Shown piece by piece: positions 1-8,999 of a stretch of DNA of 64,000 bases. Under the pieces are notes generated by a model that was not told the DNA's origin, did not search any database, and was given only the letters and a program-made list of their open reading frames with translations. This stretch comes from Conexivisphaerales archaeon (GTDB lineage: Archaea; Thermoproteota; Nitrososphaeria; Conexivisphaerales; UBA164), in assembly GCA_030756715.1 (NCBI GenBank), contig JAVBJD010000001.1:5578-69577 (forward strand). Direction: 5' to 3'. Every line of letters begins with the position of its first letter. Position 1 is the first letter of the stretch. Position numbers and translations under genes: made by a program.

Positions 1-288
1 TTCGTTTATTTTTGTTGCGGCTATGCTCTCCAGCGTTCTCTTTAGATTCTCGAGGACGTTCGTTACGGAATCCTTTGTCAGAACGTTTGTTGATGAAAAC
101 CCCATAGCCCCTTTATAAATCGCTCTTATGCCTATTCCGTAAAATTCCCCTTTTAGCGGCACATCTGGGATGCCGCTGTTTAGGCTCACCGTAATAAAAG
201 TGTCCCGCTGAACCCGTGCTTCAGAATATTCGAAACCGAGTTTAGATGCCTGCTCCACAGCAAAATGGGCCAGATCCTCTGCCAACAT
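1..288 (-). CDS. TldD/PmbA-family protein, N-terminal fragment (gene continues past the left window edge)
   Basis: Open-ended, so absent from the ORF track. Own translation from ATG at 288: MLAEDLAHFAVEQASKLGFEYSEARVQRDTFITVSLNSGIPDVPLKGEFYGIGIRAIYKGAMGFSSTNVL... This layout is typical of TldD/PmbA N-termini. Confidence 0.55.
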   Translation of the reverse strand, partial: MLAEDLAHFAVEQASKLGFEYSEARVQRDTFITVSLNSGIPDVPLKGEFYGIGIRAIYKGAMGFSSTNVLTKDSVTNVLENLKRTLESIAATKINE

Positions 289-416
289 AATTAAAATATA
301 AAGAAAGCATTAGATAAAGTTTTGTTGTAAATCTTTCGTAATCAGCTAAAAGGTTAATTTTATAAAAAAGAATAAGGGCCAAAAACGTACATGCGTCTTA
401 GAAATTTTTTACCGGT

Positions 417-465
417 TCAGAGATTTTTTGTCATCATTAACTCAGACAAGTCTGGTTTCATCATT
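417..465 (-). ncRNA. C/D box sRNA candidate (2'-O-methylation guide)
   Basis: Minus strand reads AAUGAUGA (465-458), 12 nt AACCAGACUUGU, CUGA (445-442), GUU, AAUGAUGA (438-431), 10 nt, CUGA (420-417). A TATA-like CTTTATAT lies about 30 nt upstream on the same strand. Confidence 0.6.
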
Positions 466-574
466 GTTCGTATTTTTATTAATGCTCGATATAAAGTTTA
501 ACTTTATGCCGATGCTGGAACGATTTTTAAAATAAATATTAAAACTGGGATCGTAAAGCATCTAACGTATAGAA

Positions 575-1081
575 TTGAACAAACTGAGAATATTGCTTAT
601 AATTTTGGTTTCAGCCGCCGTAGGCTTAGGCATGATGATACTGCTGCTTGCTGCGGTGACCGAAAAAAGCCCGAATATACCCGAGCTTTTTTTGCAGCTG
701 CTGATGGGTAAAGCTCCGTCAGGAATACCTTTCTTCATGCCTTTGTCTTTTCTCCTTTTTTTCGTTTTAACTTTAGCGGGAACTGTTGGAGTAGTATACT
801 TTTTGATAATGCCAGAGATTCAAACAACAAACGCCATCGAAAACCAGCAAGAGGATATCTTTTCATTCCTTTTGCCTGATGAAAAACGGATTGTTGATAT
901 TTTGATCAAACATGACGGCGAATACTTACAAAAACAGATTTCAAAGGAAGCTGGATTTACTAGGGTAAAAACTCACAGGGTTATAGTCAGGCTTGCTCAG
1001 AGGGGTATAATATCTGTGGAAAAAAGGGGCAACACTAACGTAATAAGGCTTAACATAAAAAATAAAAAAATCAAAAAATAA
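575..1081 (+). CDS. Membrane-anchored winged-helix transcription regulator
   Basis: Two N-terminal hydrophobic segments, then a wHTH-like stretch EKRIVDILIKHDGEYLQKQISKEAGFTRVKTHRVIVRLAQRGIISVEKRGNTNVIRL. The track start is TTG; an internal ATG (MMILL) is also possible. Confidence 0.6.
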   Translation: MNKLRILLIILVSAAVGLGMMILLLAAVTEKSPNIPELFLQLLMGKAPSGIPFFMPLSFLLFFVLTLAGTVGVVYFLIMPEIQTTNAIENQQEDIFSFLLPDEKRIVDILIKHDGEYLQKQISKEAGFTRVKTHRVIVRLAQRGIISVEKRGNTNVIRLNIKNKKIKK

Positions 1082-1098
1082 CATTTGATAAATATGTT

Positions 1099-1488
1099 TT
1101 AGGTATGGTTGTAAGAAAGGGCAAAAGCTCCGCCTATTATGCCAAGGATGGCGCCTATTACGAAACCTCCCATTCCGAAGAAGCTGAATATTGAGAATAC
1201 GATTATCAGTATCCCCCAAGTGGTGCTTTCTGCAGGTTTAGATTTGAGCATAAATGCAGAAACAAGTACTATTATTCCAGATATGAATCCAAAGAATGAC
1301 ATCATTCCAAAAGCTATCGCTGGCCATGCGAAATACATCATTCTATGATATGGCGCAACAACAAAGAAGACGGAAAACGCGAATGCAACTACAACGCTAC
1401 TGAGTACCATCAGTATGCCTGCAATCAGGGAGAGTATGTACGCCGTCCTTGGATAATTCTGCTGAACGTTCTGAGCCATTTTTATCAC
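1099..1488 (-). CDS. Small integral membrane protein, unknown function
   Basis: 129 aa with about 4 hydrophobic helices and a G-rich C-terminal helix (GMGGFVIGAILGIIGGAFAL). Confidence 0.55.
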   Translation of the reverse strand: MIKMAQNVQQNYPRTAYILSLIAGILMVLSSVVVAFAFSVFFVVAPYHRMMYFAWPAIAFGMMSFFGFISGIIVLVSAFMLKSKPAESTTWGILIIVFSIFSFFGMGGFVIGAILGIIGGAFALSYNHT

Positions 1489-1608
1489 CTCTTATAGACG
1501 TGTTATAGCGTGGATTAATAGACGTTGCCTGAAACATTTTTTGCTTTGTTTTTTGTTAAATCTCTGACATTAAACCGTAATTAATGATGAAGAAAACTGT
1601 AACAACCT

Positions 1609-1667
1609 GAAACGTTTCTGGACAAGCATATTTTTTGCAGTTAAACGTTTTACTTTCATGTAACGTT
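1609..1667. promoter_or_regulatory. Three AACGTT-core palindromes in an intergenic region (possible operator array)
   Basis: GAAACGTTTC at 1609-1618, AAACGTTT at 1643-1650, AACGTT at 1662-1667. Confidence 0.25.
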
Positions 1668-1754
1668 TTTTACAACGCGGTAGCAAACCATGATATAAAA
1701 ACTTAACCTATTAAAAGCAAAATTCAGTTAGTTATTAAAAGATGTTCTATCGGC

Positions 1755-1991
1755 TTATTTGTTTTGCCTTAGAAATTCTATGGCCTTAGTTTCGTTATCG
1801 GCAATCAAATAACCGCAATAAGGACATACGAATCCGCTACACTCTTCTTTACTTGTCTCTGCCCTATCATAGCAACCATCTTCTGAAAGTTCGTACTCGG
1901 TAGATTCCGTGCACACTCTTTTAAGGTAAGATAAAGCTCTTCCGCAATTGGGACACTTTGGACCTTCCTGCATAGATTCTACTAAATTCAA
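1755..1991 (-). CDS. Small zinc-ribbon protein
   Basis: 78 aa with CPNCG near the N-terminus and CPYCG near the C-terminus. Confidence 0.5.
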   Translation of the reverse strand: MNLVESMQEGPKCPNCGRALSYLKRVCTESTEYELSEDGCYDRAETSKEECSGFVCPYCGYLIADNETKAIEFLRQNK

Positions 1992-2019
1992 AGGTTATTT
2001 ACATTTTTTGAATGATTTA

Positions 2020-2811
2020 TTAAAGCTTATAAAGTTCTGGCCTCCTCTGTTCAAGCAAAGGAAGAGCGCTTCTAACTTTATTTACTCTATCTTTACTTAT
2101 TTTTACTTCAATTACTTCTTCGATCTCGCTTGCCCTTGCTTTTATTACTCCCGCAGGGTCCACTGAAAGCGTTATACCTGTGTAGATGTTACCTATTTGG
2201 TTAGAAGTCAGGACATAAGCGGTATTTTCCATAGCCCTGGCCTTCGCTAACGTTATCCACTGTTCTTCTTTATTGTATCCCCTTAACCATGCGCTCGGAA
2301 CTATTAACGCTTCAGCTCCTTTTAAGGCCAGACTTCTGGCTATTTCTGGAAACCTTATTTCGTAACAGATCATAAGCCCTGCTTTAATTCCATTTATTTC
2401 AAAAACGCTAAGCGTGTTGTCTGATTGCTTTAAATAAACAGATTCATCGTATCCTAGGGCTTTAAAAAGATGGGTTTTCCTGTATTTTAATCTAATTTTT
2501 CCCTCGGGCTCGATAACGTAAACTGCGCTGTAAGTTTTTGGAAAATCTTCGCTTTTTTCATATACACCTAATATTACCCATTTTCTGTTCTCTGATGCAT
2601 AATAAAATATTTCGTTTAAAAATTCAGAGTCTTCTGTTTCAGCGTTTTTATAAACTTCTTCTGGCTTTAAATCCGAAACGTAAAAGTCTGAAAATTCCGG
2701 GAATATTATTACTTCAGCTTTTGATTCTTTTATGATGCTTTTTATTTTTTGAAGGTTTTTGCCTTTTTCTTTTTCTGTCTTTATCTGCGCTAGAGCTAAC
2801 GACAGTTCCAT
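2020..2811 (-). CDS. Carbon-nitrogen hydrolase (nitrilase superfamily)
   Basis: Catalytic E-K-C context is present: IIFPEF, YRKTHLF, GLMICYEIRFPE. Confidence 0.85.
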   Translation of the reverse strand: MELSLALAQIKTEKEKGKNLQKIKSIIKESKAEVIIFPEFSDFYVSDLKPEEVYKNAETEDSEFLNEIFYYASENRKWVILGVYEKSEDFPKTYSAVYVIEPEGKIRLKYRKTHLFKALGYDESVYLKQSDNTLSVFEINGIKAGLMICYEIRFPEIARSLALKGAEALIVPSAWLRGYNKEEQWITLAKARAMENTAYVLTSNQIGNIYTGITLSVDPAGVIKARASEIEEVIEVKISKDRVNKVRSALPLLEQRRPELYKL

Positions 2812-2822
2812 GAGATCATGAT

Positions 2823-3497
2823 TTAATAAAATCCTTTTAGCAGTTGCGGATAAAACAATTTAAACAGAATAAGAATTAAAAGGGAAATTATTGGAACGGT
2901 TATGTTGTCGTCTATAAATTTCTGTTTTTCAGCAAGAGTTCCAGCTAAAGCCGAGATTAGACCGCCATACCCCATTACCAAGCTAAACGGCGTTATGGAG
3001 GCAAGCATAGCTAAACTGCCTTCAACTCCTTTGTACCTTTTCTTAGAGACCAGTATTCTAACTATTCCGGTTATTCCATCTCCTATAGACATATAAATTG
3101 CAGGCAGAACCCCCAGCCATAAGTTTTTGTCAAAAAACCAGCCAATTAGGATTGAAAGTCCCCACATTATGGTAAAGTCTACTTCATAAAAATTATTTGT
3201 TTCTTGAAACCAGCTCATCATATTTTTCTGCCTTCTTTTGTATAAAAGGAGGAAAGTTAAAATCAAGCTTAAGATGAACGGAGTGACAGGCTCTCTGTAT
3301 ACAAAAGGAACAAAAACGGCTATAACCCCTCCTGCAAGTATATGTATTGTTTTCCTGCTGAGGTATCTCGCGGACACTTCGTCAAAGTTTTTGGATATCG
3401 CGTAACTGTAGACTTCCTTTGAAATTATTACAATAACCGATAGAACCCATATGATAAAAAGCAAAGTAACCAAAACGTCGTAAATGATATAATTCAC
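2823..3497 (-). CDS. Polytopic membrane protein, polyprenol (dolichol/phytol) kinase-like
   Basis: Multi-TM protein. C-terminal SIGDGITGIVR...KGVEGSLAMLA resembles the CTP-dependent polyprenol kinase / cytidylyltransferase family motif. Confidence 0.5.
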   Translation of the reverse strand: MNYIIYDVLVTLLFIIWVLSVIVIISKEVYSYAISKNFDEVSARYLSRKTIHILAGGVIAVFVPFVYREPVTPFILSLILTFLLLYKRRQKNMMSWFQETNNFYEVDFTIMWGLSILIGWFFDKNLWLGVLPAIYMSIGDGITGIVRILVSKKRYKGVEGSLAMLASITPFSLVMGYGGLISALAGTLAEKQKFIDDNITVPIISLLILILFKLFYPQLLKGFY

Positions 3498-3730
3498 AGA
3501 TAAGCTTGCGGCTTTAGCGTTAATAAATTTATCTTTACCAATGCTTTATAACTTAGATTTAAAAATTTCAACGCCAGTTATCACAGTATTTTGGCTAAAA
3601 ATAAATTATTGATCTTAACAAAAAGCTGAATTTATTAAAGGAGCTCAATTGTTTCACTGGCTTTTATGCATATTTGTTAATCGGCTATTTGAAACCTTTT
3701 TACTTTTTTAGAACAAAGATAAACTAGATT

Positions 3731-4681
3731 TCAATAAGCTTCGTTAGAAGGTTCAGCGAAAACCTTTCCGAGTTTGGGAATTTGACCTTCTTTGTAAAGA
3801 ACCAGCAATCTCTGTATTCTTTTCTTTACCGAAGGTGTAAAAACTAAAAGCTCAAACTTAGAAGGTATAAATCCGCTTCCTGTGCGCCAGCTGGGGACAA
3901 TACCTGAAACTTTCAAAAGAGCATTTATCAGCGGCTCAGCCCCAACTACCTTTGCTGCTGTTTCATCTGCAGCGTACTCAGATTCTCTTTTGATCAAAAG
4001 AGGGTTTAATATGTTTAGAAAGTTAAACAGCGTCCCGATCAGGGAAATCAGCGAAAACAAAAAGTTTTCATTGTCGTTGTTGGCTATATGGGCAAGTTCG
4101 TGCGTTATAGCAGCAGCCAGCTCATCTTTGCTAAAAGTCTCAAAAGCGCCTACTGAAATAGCTATATATGCTTTTGACCTGTTTGCATTGGTATATAGCT
4201 GAGGTTCTTCGGTATTTAGCATATAGACCTGTGGCTGGGGTATCTTTAACAGTTTTGATATTTCGTTCACAAGTTTTATTGTTTCTTGGTCTCTTAACGG
4301 TGTAAGAGGAGGCTTCCTGTGTGTAAATGTTATACCATAAAATAAGATTACTGCGCTAATTGAAACGCCCCAGAATATTGGGTCATGCTCAACCAACCAG
4401 AACCTCTTGAATATGCCAACGAGAAGGTTAACTCTAGCGAAAAGAATCGCCCTTGCAAAAACCATGAAATCTCCTACTATAAACTGCAGGTCTATAAAAA
4501 TGTAAGGCATTAAAGAGAACAGAGAAAATGACATCAGAAGCTTTCCCGTAAAAGACTTTTTGTCCTTTAAGAATAAAAAGCTCAGCAAACCCATTATTGA
4601 TATTAAAATGCTGAGCTTGATTATCAGCGGCCTTATGATTATCAGATAACCAAATATTTTTACAAAAGTTATTAGGGTCAA
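3731..4681 (-). CDS. Membrane zinc metalloprotease, BlaR1/HtpX-like (M56/M48)
   Basis: N-terminal TM helices and an HELAHIANND (HExxH) motif. Separated by one base from the upstream BlaI-like repressor gene. Confidence 0.7.
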   Translation of the reverse strand: MTLITFVKIFGYLIIIRPLIIKLSILISIMGLLSFLFLKDKKSFTGKLLMSFSLFSLMPYIFIDLQFIVGDFMVFARAILFARVNLLVGIFKRFWLVEHDPIFWGVSISAVILFYGITFTHRKPPLTPLRDQETIKLVNEISKLLKIPQPQVYMLNTEEPQLYTNANRSKAYIAISVGAFETFSKDELAAAITHELAHIANNDNENFLFSLISLIGTLFNFLNILNPLLIKRESEYAADETAAKVVGAEPLINALLKVSGIVPSWRTGSGFIPSKFELLVFTPSVKKRIQRLLVLYKEGQIPKLGKVFAEPSNEAY

Positions 4682-4682
4682 T

Positions 4683-5051
4683 TTATTCTTCTAAGGCCTT
4701 GAATATGCTTTCCAGCTCTTCGGGCGTTAGATTGCTGTTTTCAGCAAAATAAAACTTTAAAGGCTCTTTGAATGCCTTCAGAAAGTCTATAACAAGGGAC
4801 ATCGCTTTTTCGTTTTTAAATATGTTAGAAGATATTCTGTAAACGTATGATGGTTTACCATCGTTTATAAGGGTCCTTTCAACGATCCTCTTTTTAAAAA
4901 GCCTGTCAAGAACCGTAGCTACAGTTGTTATAGCCAGATTTTCCTCGCTTTTTTGTAGCTCGCTATAAACCTGTTTTACGGTACCTTCTTTAAGCTCTGA
5001 AAGAGCTGAAAGTATTTTAATCTCTAAAGGCCCTAGGCCGCTTTTCTTCAC
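4683..5051 (-). CDS. BlaI/MecI/CopY-family winged-helix repressor
   Basis: LEIKILSALSELKEGTVKQVYSELQKSEENLAITTVATVLDRLFKKRIVER matches the penicillinase-repressor family pattern. Confidence 0.75.
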   Translation of the reverse strand: MKKSGLGPLEIKILSALSELKEGTVKQVYSELQKSEENLAITTVATVLDRLFKKRIVERTLINDGKPSYVYRISSNIFKNEKAMSLVIDFLKAFKEPLKFYFAENSNLTPEELESIFKALEE

Positions 5052-5155
5052 ATAAGGTTTTTCTTAAAGGTTAAATATTAATTTTTCTTAGTTTGTATCC
5101 AAAAAATGAAAAATGTTATAAAAGTAAATAAGATACCTTAATTGTAAAGCTAATC

Positions 5156-6694
5156 ATGAGCAATTTATCAAATGAAAAAGTTGCTGAATTGGAACTTTCA
5201 AACGAGTTCAGCGAGCTATTTGATTCTGAAAACGGGATAAAGAACTTTAAATTCTTTATCGACGGTAAATGGATAAACGGAGCGCAAAAGGATCCATTAA
5301 GATCTCCGGTAGACGATAGCCTCATAGGTTATGTTTACAAGGCTACAGCTGAAGATGTTGACAGGGCTGTAAAATCCGCTAAAGAAAACCAGTACAAGAT
5401 AAGGGAAATAGCAGGGATAGAAAGGATAGAGCTGATGGAAGAAGCCAAGCACCTTTTGATGGAACGTCAGGAGGACTTTATAAAAGCGCTTATGCTTGAA
5501 GGAGGAAAGACTAGAGAAGGAGCGAAGGGAGAAGTTGAATCGCTTTACCTAAGGATGAAGCTTACCATGGAAGACGCTAGAAAGATATTTGGAGAATACC
5601 TCCCAGGTGACTGGTCAAAAGATACAGCTCAGAAGATAGCTCTGGTTATAAGGGAACCCATCGGAGTTGTAGGAGCCATAGGTCCGTTTAACTACCCGCT
5701 TTACATTCCCGCATCTAAGATAATTCCTGCTCTTCTGGCAGCAAACAGCGTTGTTGTAAAGCCAACTTCCGAAACTCCATTATCTACTCTTATGTTTGTC
5801 CAGATACTCAACCTTGCTGGTTTCCCTAAAGGCACAATACAGGCTATAACTGGACCTGGTTCTGTCGTAGGTAACGCGCTTGCTGCTCACAAAGATGTTG
5901 GGATGATAAGCTTCACTGGAAGCACAGGTACTGGAAAATCAATAAGCTCTGTTGCTGGCGTTAAAAAGCTTCACCTTGAGCTTGGCGGTAAAGCTTACTG
6001 CATAGTGCTCGCGGATGCTGATCTTAAGACGGCAGCCAAAAAAATAGTTTCGGGTTCGCTTTCAAATGCGGGGCAGAGGTGCGACGCAATCAGCGCTGTC
6101 CTTCCGGTAAAAGAAGTTGCTGATAAGCTTGTTGAGCTGGTAGTTGAAGAAGCAAAGGCCTGGAAACTCGGAAACCCGTTAGCGGATCCAACTGTAAAGG
6201 TTGGACCGGTAATATCAAGGGGAGCTGCACAGAGAATAAAATCGCTAATAGACGACGCTGTTGAAAAGGGAGCTAAAATATTGCTGGGCGGCAATGTTGA
6301 GGGAACTTACGTACAGCCAACGGTTCTGTACGATGTTCCAGAAAACGCAAGGATACTCTGGGAAGAAATATTTGGACCAGTCATACCGATACATAAGGTT
6401 AACAACTCAGAAGAAGCTTTGAACCTTGCAAGAAAAAGCGAATACGGGCTTGATTCCTGCGTATTTGGAAACAATTTCTATGAGCTCTGGAAGGTCGCTA
6501 AAGGACTACAGGTCGGAGAGGTAACCATAAACGACATGCCGAAACACGGGCTTGGGTACTTCCCGTTTGGCGGAAACAAGAATTCAGGAACGGGTAGGGA
6601 AGGTGTTGGCTATAGCATAGATGAAATGACTGTTCTTAAAACTATAGTATTTAACCTGGAACCTGCTCAACTGGGCAAAAAGATAATAAAGTAA
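5156..6694 (+). CDS. Aldehyde dehydrogenase, GapN-like (non-phosphorylating glyceraldehyde-3-P dehydrogenase type)
   Basis: ALDH hallmarks: FNYPL, LELGGKA, catalytic Cys context GQRCDAISAV, EEIFGPV. Confidence 0.8.
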   Translation: MSNLSNEKVAELELSNEFSELFDSENGIKNFKFFIDGKWINGAQKDPLRSPVDDSLIGYVYKATAEDVDRAVKSAKENQYKIREIAGIERIELMEEAKHLLMERQEDFIKALMLEGGKTREGAKGEVESLYLRMKLTMEDARKIFGEYLPGDWSKDTAQKIALVIREPIGVVGAIGPFNYPLYIPASKIIPALLAANSVVVKPTSETPLSTLMFVQILNLAGFPKGTIQAITGPGSVVGNALAAHKDVGMISFTGSTGTGKSISSVAGVKKLHLELGGKAYCIVLADADLKTAAKKIVSGSLSNAGQRCDAISAVLPVKEVADKLVELVVEEAKAWKLGNPLADPTVKVGPVISRGAAQRIKSLIDDAVEKGAKILLGGNVEGTYVQPTVLYDVPENARILWEEIFGPVIPIHKVNNSEEALNLARKSEYGLDSCVFGNNFYELWKVAKGLQVGEVTINDMPKHGLGYFPFGGNKNSGTGREGVGYSIDEMTVLKTIVFNLEPAQLGKKIIK

Positions 6695-6695
6695 T

Positions 6696-7565
6696 TCATA
6701 CCAAACGATCAAATTTTTTCATTATTTCTGGGTAGAAACTTATCAAGTCCATTGCAGTAAAATGAAGTCCTTTTTTATTCAACGCAAGATCCCCGGCACT
6801 CCCGTTTACGAAAGCCGCCAGAGCTGAAGCTTTTACGGCTTTTAATCCTTTAGAGAAAAAACCGGCCGTTAAACCGGCAAGCGCGTCGCCGGTTCCGCCA
6901 ACAGTCATGCCTGCGTTTCCGGTTGAGTTAAGATAAAGTTCTTCTGAATCAGAAATTATATCTATGACGCCTTTTAAGAGAACTGTGGCACCTTTGTCTT
7001 TTGCAAAACCCATTACCAGTTTTGCTTTTTCTTCAATGTCTTTCCCTTCAACATCAAATCCGCTTATCCTCTTGAACTCGCCTCCGTGGGGGGTAACTAT
7101 GAAATCCTTGTCAGAACTGGATAAAACAGAAACGGATTCAGGCAGCAAAGCATCTGCGTCAAGTATGACTTTTTTAACGATAGTTTCCTTTAAAAATAAC
7201 TTTAAACCATCAGCTATTCCCTTTCCCATTCCGTTACCTATTAGCACAACGTCTACCTCTGGCATTATTTTTATGAGTCTTTCCGCATTGCCCTTTGTGA
7301 ATTTATAGTCTGGTAAAGGTATAACTATCAAATTAGGATCAAGACACCTTATTGCGCTCACTATTGGTTTGGGTACAGCAGTATAGACCAGATCTACGCC
7401 GCTTATCAGAGCAGCAAGAGAAGCTATGTAAGGCGCTCCGTGATAAATCCAGCTCCCCCCTATCACCAGAACTCTGCCGTTCTCACCTTTATGAGAGTCC
7501 TTTTTACGAACCGGATAATTTTCCCTTATAAAATTCTCATCAACATATGTCAGCTCAGTAACCAA
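6696..7565 (-). CDS. ADP/ATP-dependent NAD(P)H-hydrate dehydratase (YjeF C-terminal type)
   Basis: [22 protein letters not shown] and GGTGDALAG motifs. Confidence 0.8.
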   Translation of the reverse strand: MVTELTYVDENFIRENYPVRKKDSHKGENGRVLVIGGSWIYHGAPYIASLAALISGVDLVYTAVPKPIVSAIRCLDPNLIVIPLPDYKFTKGNAERLIKIMPEVDVVLIGNGMGKGIADGLKLFLKETIVKKVILDADALLPESVSVLSSSDKDFIVTPHGGEFKRISGFDVEGKDIEEKAKLVMGFAKDKGATVLLKGVIDIISDSEELYLNSTGNAGMTVGGTGDALAGLTAGFFSKGLKAVKASALAAFVNGSAGDLALNKKGLHFTAMDLISFYPEIMKKFDRLV

Positions 7566-8637
7566 GGTTCCTTAGCCACCCTTTTAACCACTCAGAAGCT
7601 TCTGCATCGCTTGTTGCCTGAACTGGAGGATGTTTAAACAGAAAAGATGATGGCTCGATCAGTGCCCCCTTCAGACCCTTATCAAGCGCTACTTTCATCA
7701 ACCTTATCGCATCGAGCATTACAGCCGCAAACATAGATTTGTCATCTACAGAGAGCTTAACCTTTAGCTCTACAGGAAAGTCCGCAAAGCTTTTTCCTTT
7801 CAAATATATGTAGCAAACCTTTGTATTCCCGAGGAAGGGCACGTAATCGCTCGGGCCTATCCTTATTTTGCCTTTTTCTTCAAGCTCTTTACCATAGGGC
7901 AGAATGCTGGTAACTGCTGAAGTCTTGCTGATCCTCTTGCTCTTAAGCCTCTCTTCAACGGTCATGTTAAGGAAATCTGTGTTACCTCCTATGTTGACCT
8001 GATAGGTTTCTTCTACTATGACACCCCTCATGTGGAAAAGTGATACTAATGTTCTGTGAAGAATGGTTGCGCCAACCTGACCTTTTACGTCATCACCCAT
8101 CACAGGAACCCCCGCTTTTTCGAACTCTGAAGCCCATCCTTTATCGCTCGCTATGAATACAGGAATGCCGTTTATAAAACCCTTCTTTGCCTCAAGAGCA
8201 GCCCTTGCATAAGCTCTTGTCGCTTCTTCGCTTCCTACCGGAAGCAGGTTTATCAGCAGGTCAGCGCCACTTTCTCTTAGCTTATCTGCCACAAATGATA
8301 TACCGGGCCCTTTATCCATTGGCTGGAATGACTCTCTCATGTGAGGTGCAACGCCATCGTAAACCGGACCTGGTTGAACTTCAACTCCCAGTTTTGGCAG
8401 ATCTGCAAACTTCTTGGTTAAGTTAGGGTATTCAAAAATAGCTTCAGAAATATCCTTGCCCACTTTTCTTTTTGAGACGTCAAAAGCCGCTACAAACTCT
8501 ATATCAGAAATGCTGTAAGGTCCTATTTTATCGCTTATGACGCCTATGGGTTCTTTATCTGTGTAATAATAAACTCCCTGAACGATGGCTGAAGCGCAGT
8601 TGCCGACCCCGGCTATTGCGACCTTTATTTTACTCAT
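7555..8637 (-). CDS. myo-Inositol-1-phosphate synthase
   Basis: N-terminal [17 protein letters not shown] Rossmann segment and family-typical length and layout. Overlaps the downstream gene by 11 nt. Confidence 0.75.
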   Translation of the reverse strand: MSKIKVAIAGVGNCASAIVQGVYYYTDKEPIGVISDKIGPYSISDIEFVAAFDVSKRKVGKDISEAIFEYPNLTKKFADLPKLGVEVQPGPVYDGVAPHMRESFQPMDKGPGISFVADKLRESGADLLINLLPVGSEEATRAYARAALEAKKGFINGIPVFIASDKGWASEFEKAGVPVMGDDVKGQVGATILHRTLVSLFHMRGVIVEETYQVNIGGNTDFLNMTVEERLKSKRISKTSAVTSILPYGKELEEKGKIRIGPSDYVPFLGNTKVCYIYLKGKSFADFPVELKVKLSVDDKSMFAAVMLDAIRLMKVALDKGLKGALIEPSSFLFKHPPVQATSDAEASEWLKGWLRNLGY

Positions 8638-8818
8638 GTATCTATACTTGATTTTTTATGATTGATAAACGTAACGTTCTAAGCGGTCATATATTTTTGC
8701 AAGATCTTCTGTTGGTGTTTTAAAACTGACCTCCTTTCCGCCTTAAAATGGCGAGGCTTTTGCTAATTGCAATTTTAAATCAAAAACAATACGCTAAAGC
8801 AGGTAAAAACTTGATAAT

Positions 8819-8910
8819 GGCCGCCACCGGGAATTTCGGCATCATAAATGCTATCGAACCCGGGCCAGGAGCTCCACAGGCTCCTGTGCTACCACTACAC
8901 CATGGCGGCC
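8819..8910 (-). tRNA. tRNA-His (GUG) with encoded G-1 and a ~20 nt insertion (intron) inside the T-loop
   Basis: Minus strand: G-GCCGCCA-UG-GUGU-AGUGGUA-GCAC-A-GGAGC-CUGUGGA-GCUCC-UGGC-CCGGG-UUCGA[UAGCAUUUAUGAUGCCGAAA]UU-CCCGG-UGGCGGC-C. Has an 8 bp His-type acceptor (G-1:C73) and anticodon GUG. There are 27 nt between the T-stem strands instead of 7. Confidence 0.85.
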
Positions 8911-8999
8911 ACAAACTGCATTATACTACATGCCTTTTTATTCTTTGCTCTGCAATCGTTCAAGAAAGTTAATAAATAGCTGTAACGGTAGAGCTAACT

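Noticed and set aside
941-1348. Antisense shadow ORFs throughout the track. Examples: 941-1219, 1139-1348, 5995-6294, 6964-7308, 18042-18509, 24097-24516, 33773-34135, 48866-49375, 61224-61670.
   Set aside because: Each is fully nested opposite a longer ORF with clear family motifs. Their S/F/L/P-rich low-complexity translations are typical of the reverse strand of K/E-rich genes.
1583-1610. AAUGAUGA ... CUGA on the plus strand (possible C/D box sRNA)
   Set aside because: Only 16 nt lie between the boxes, with no room for D'/C' and a second guide. It sits on the opposite strand to both flanking genes. Most likely chance.
8656-8731. AUGAUUGA ... CUGA pair in the spacer after the inositol-phosphate synthase gene
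   Set aside because: The C box has an insertion, the spacing is about 75 nt, and the internal boxes are absent.
8748-8972. 74-aa plus-strand ORF in the track
   Set aside because: It lies exactly antisense to the tRNA-His gene (8819-8910). Its G/P/A-rich middle is the reverse complement of the tRNA.  It has no coding context.
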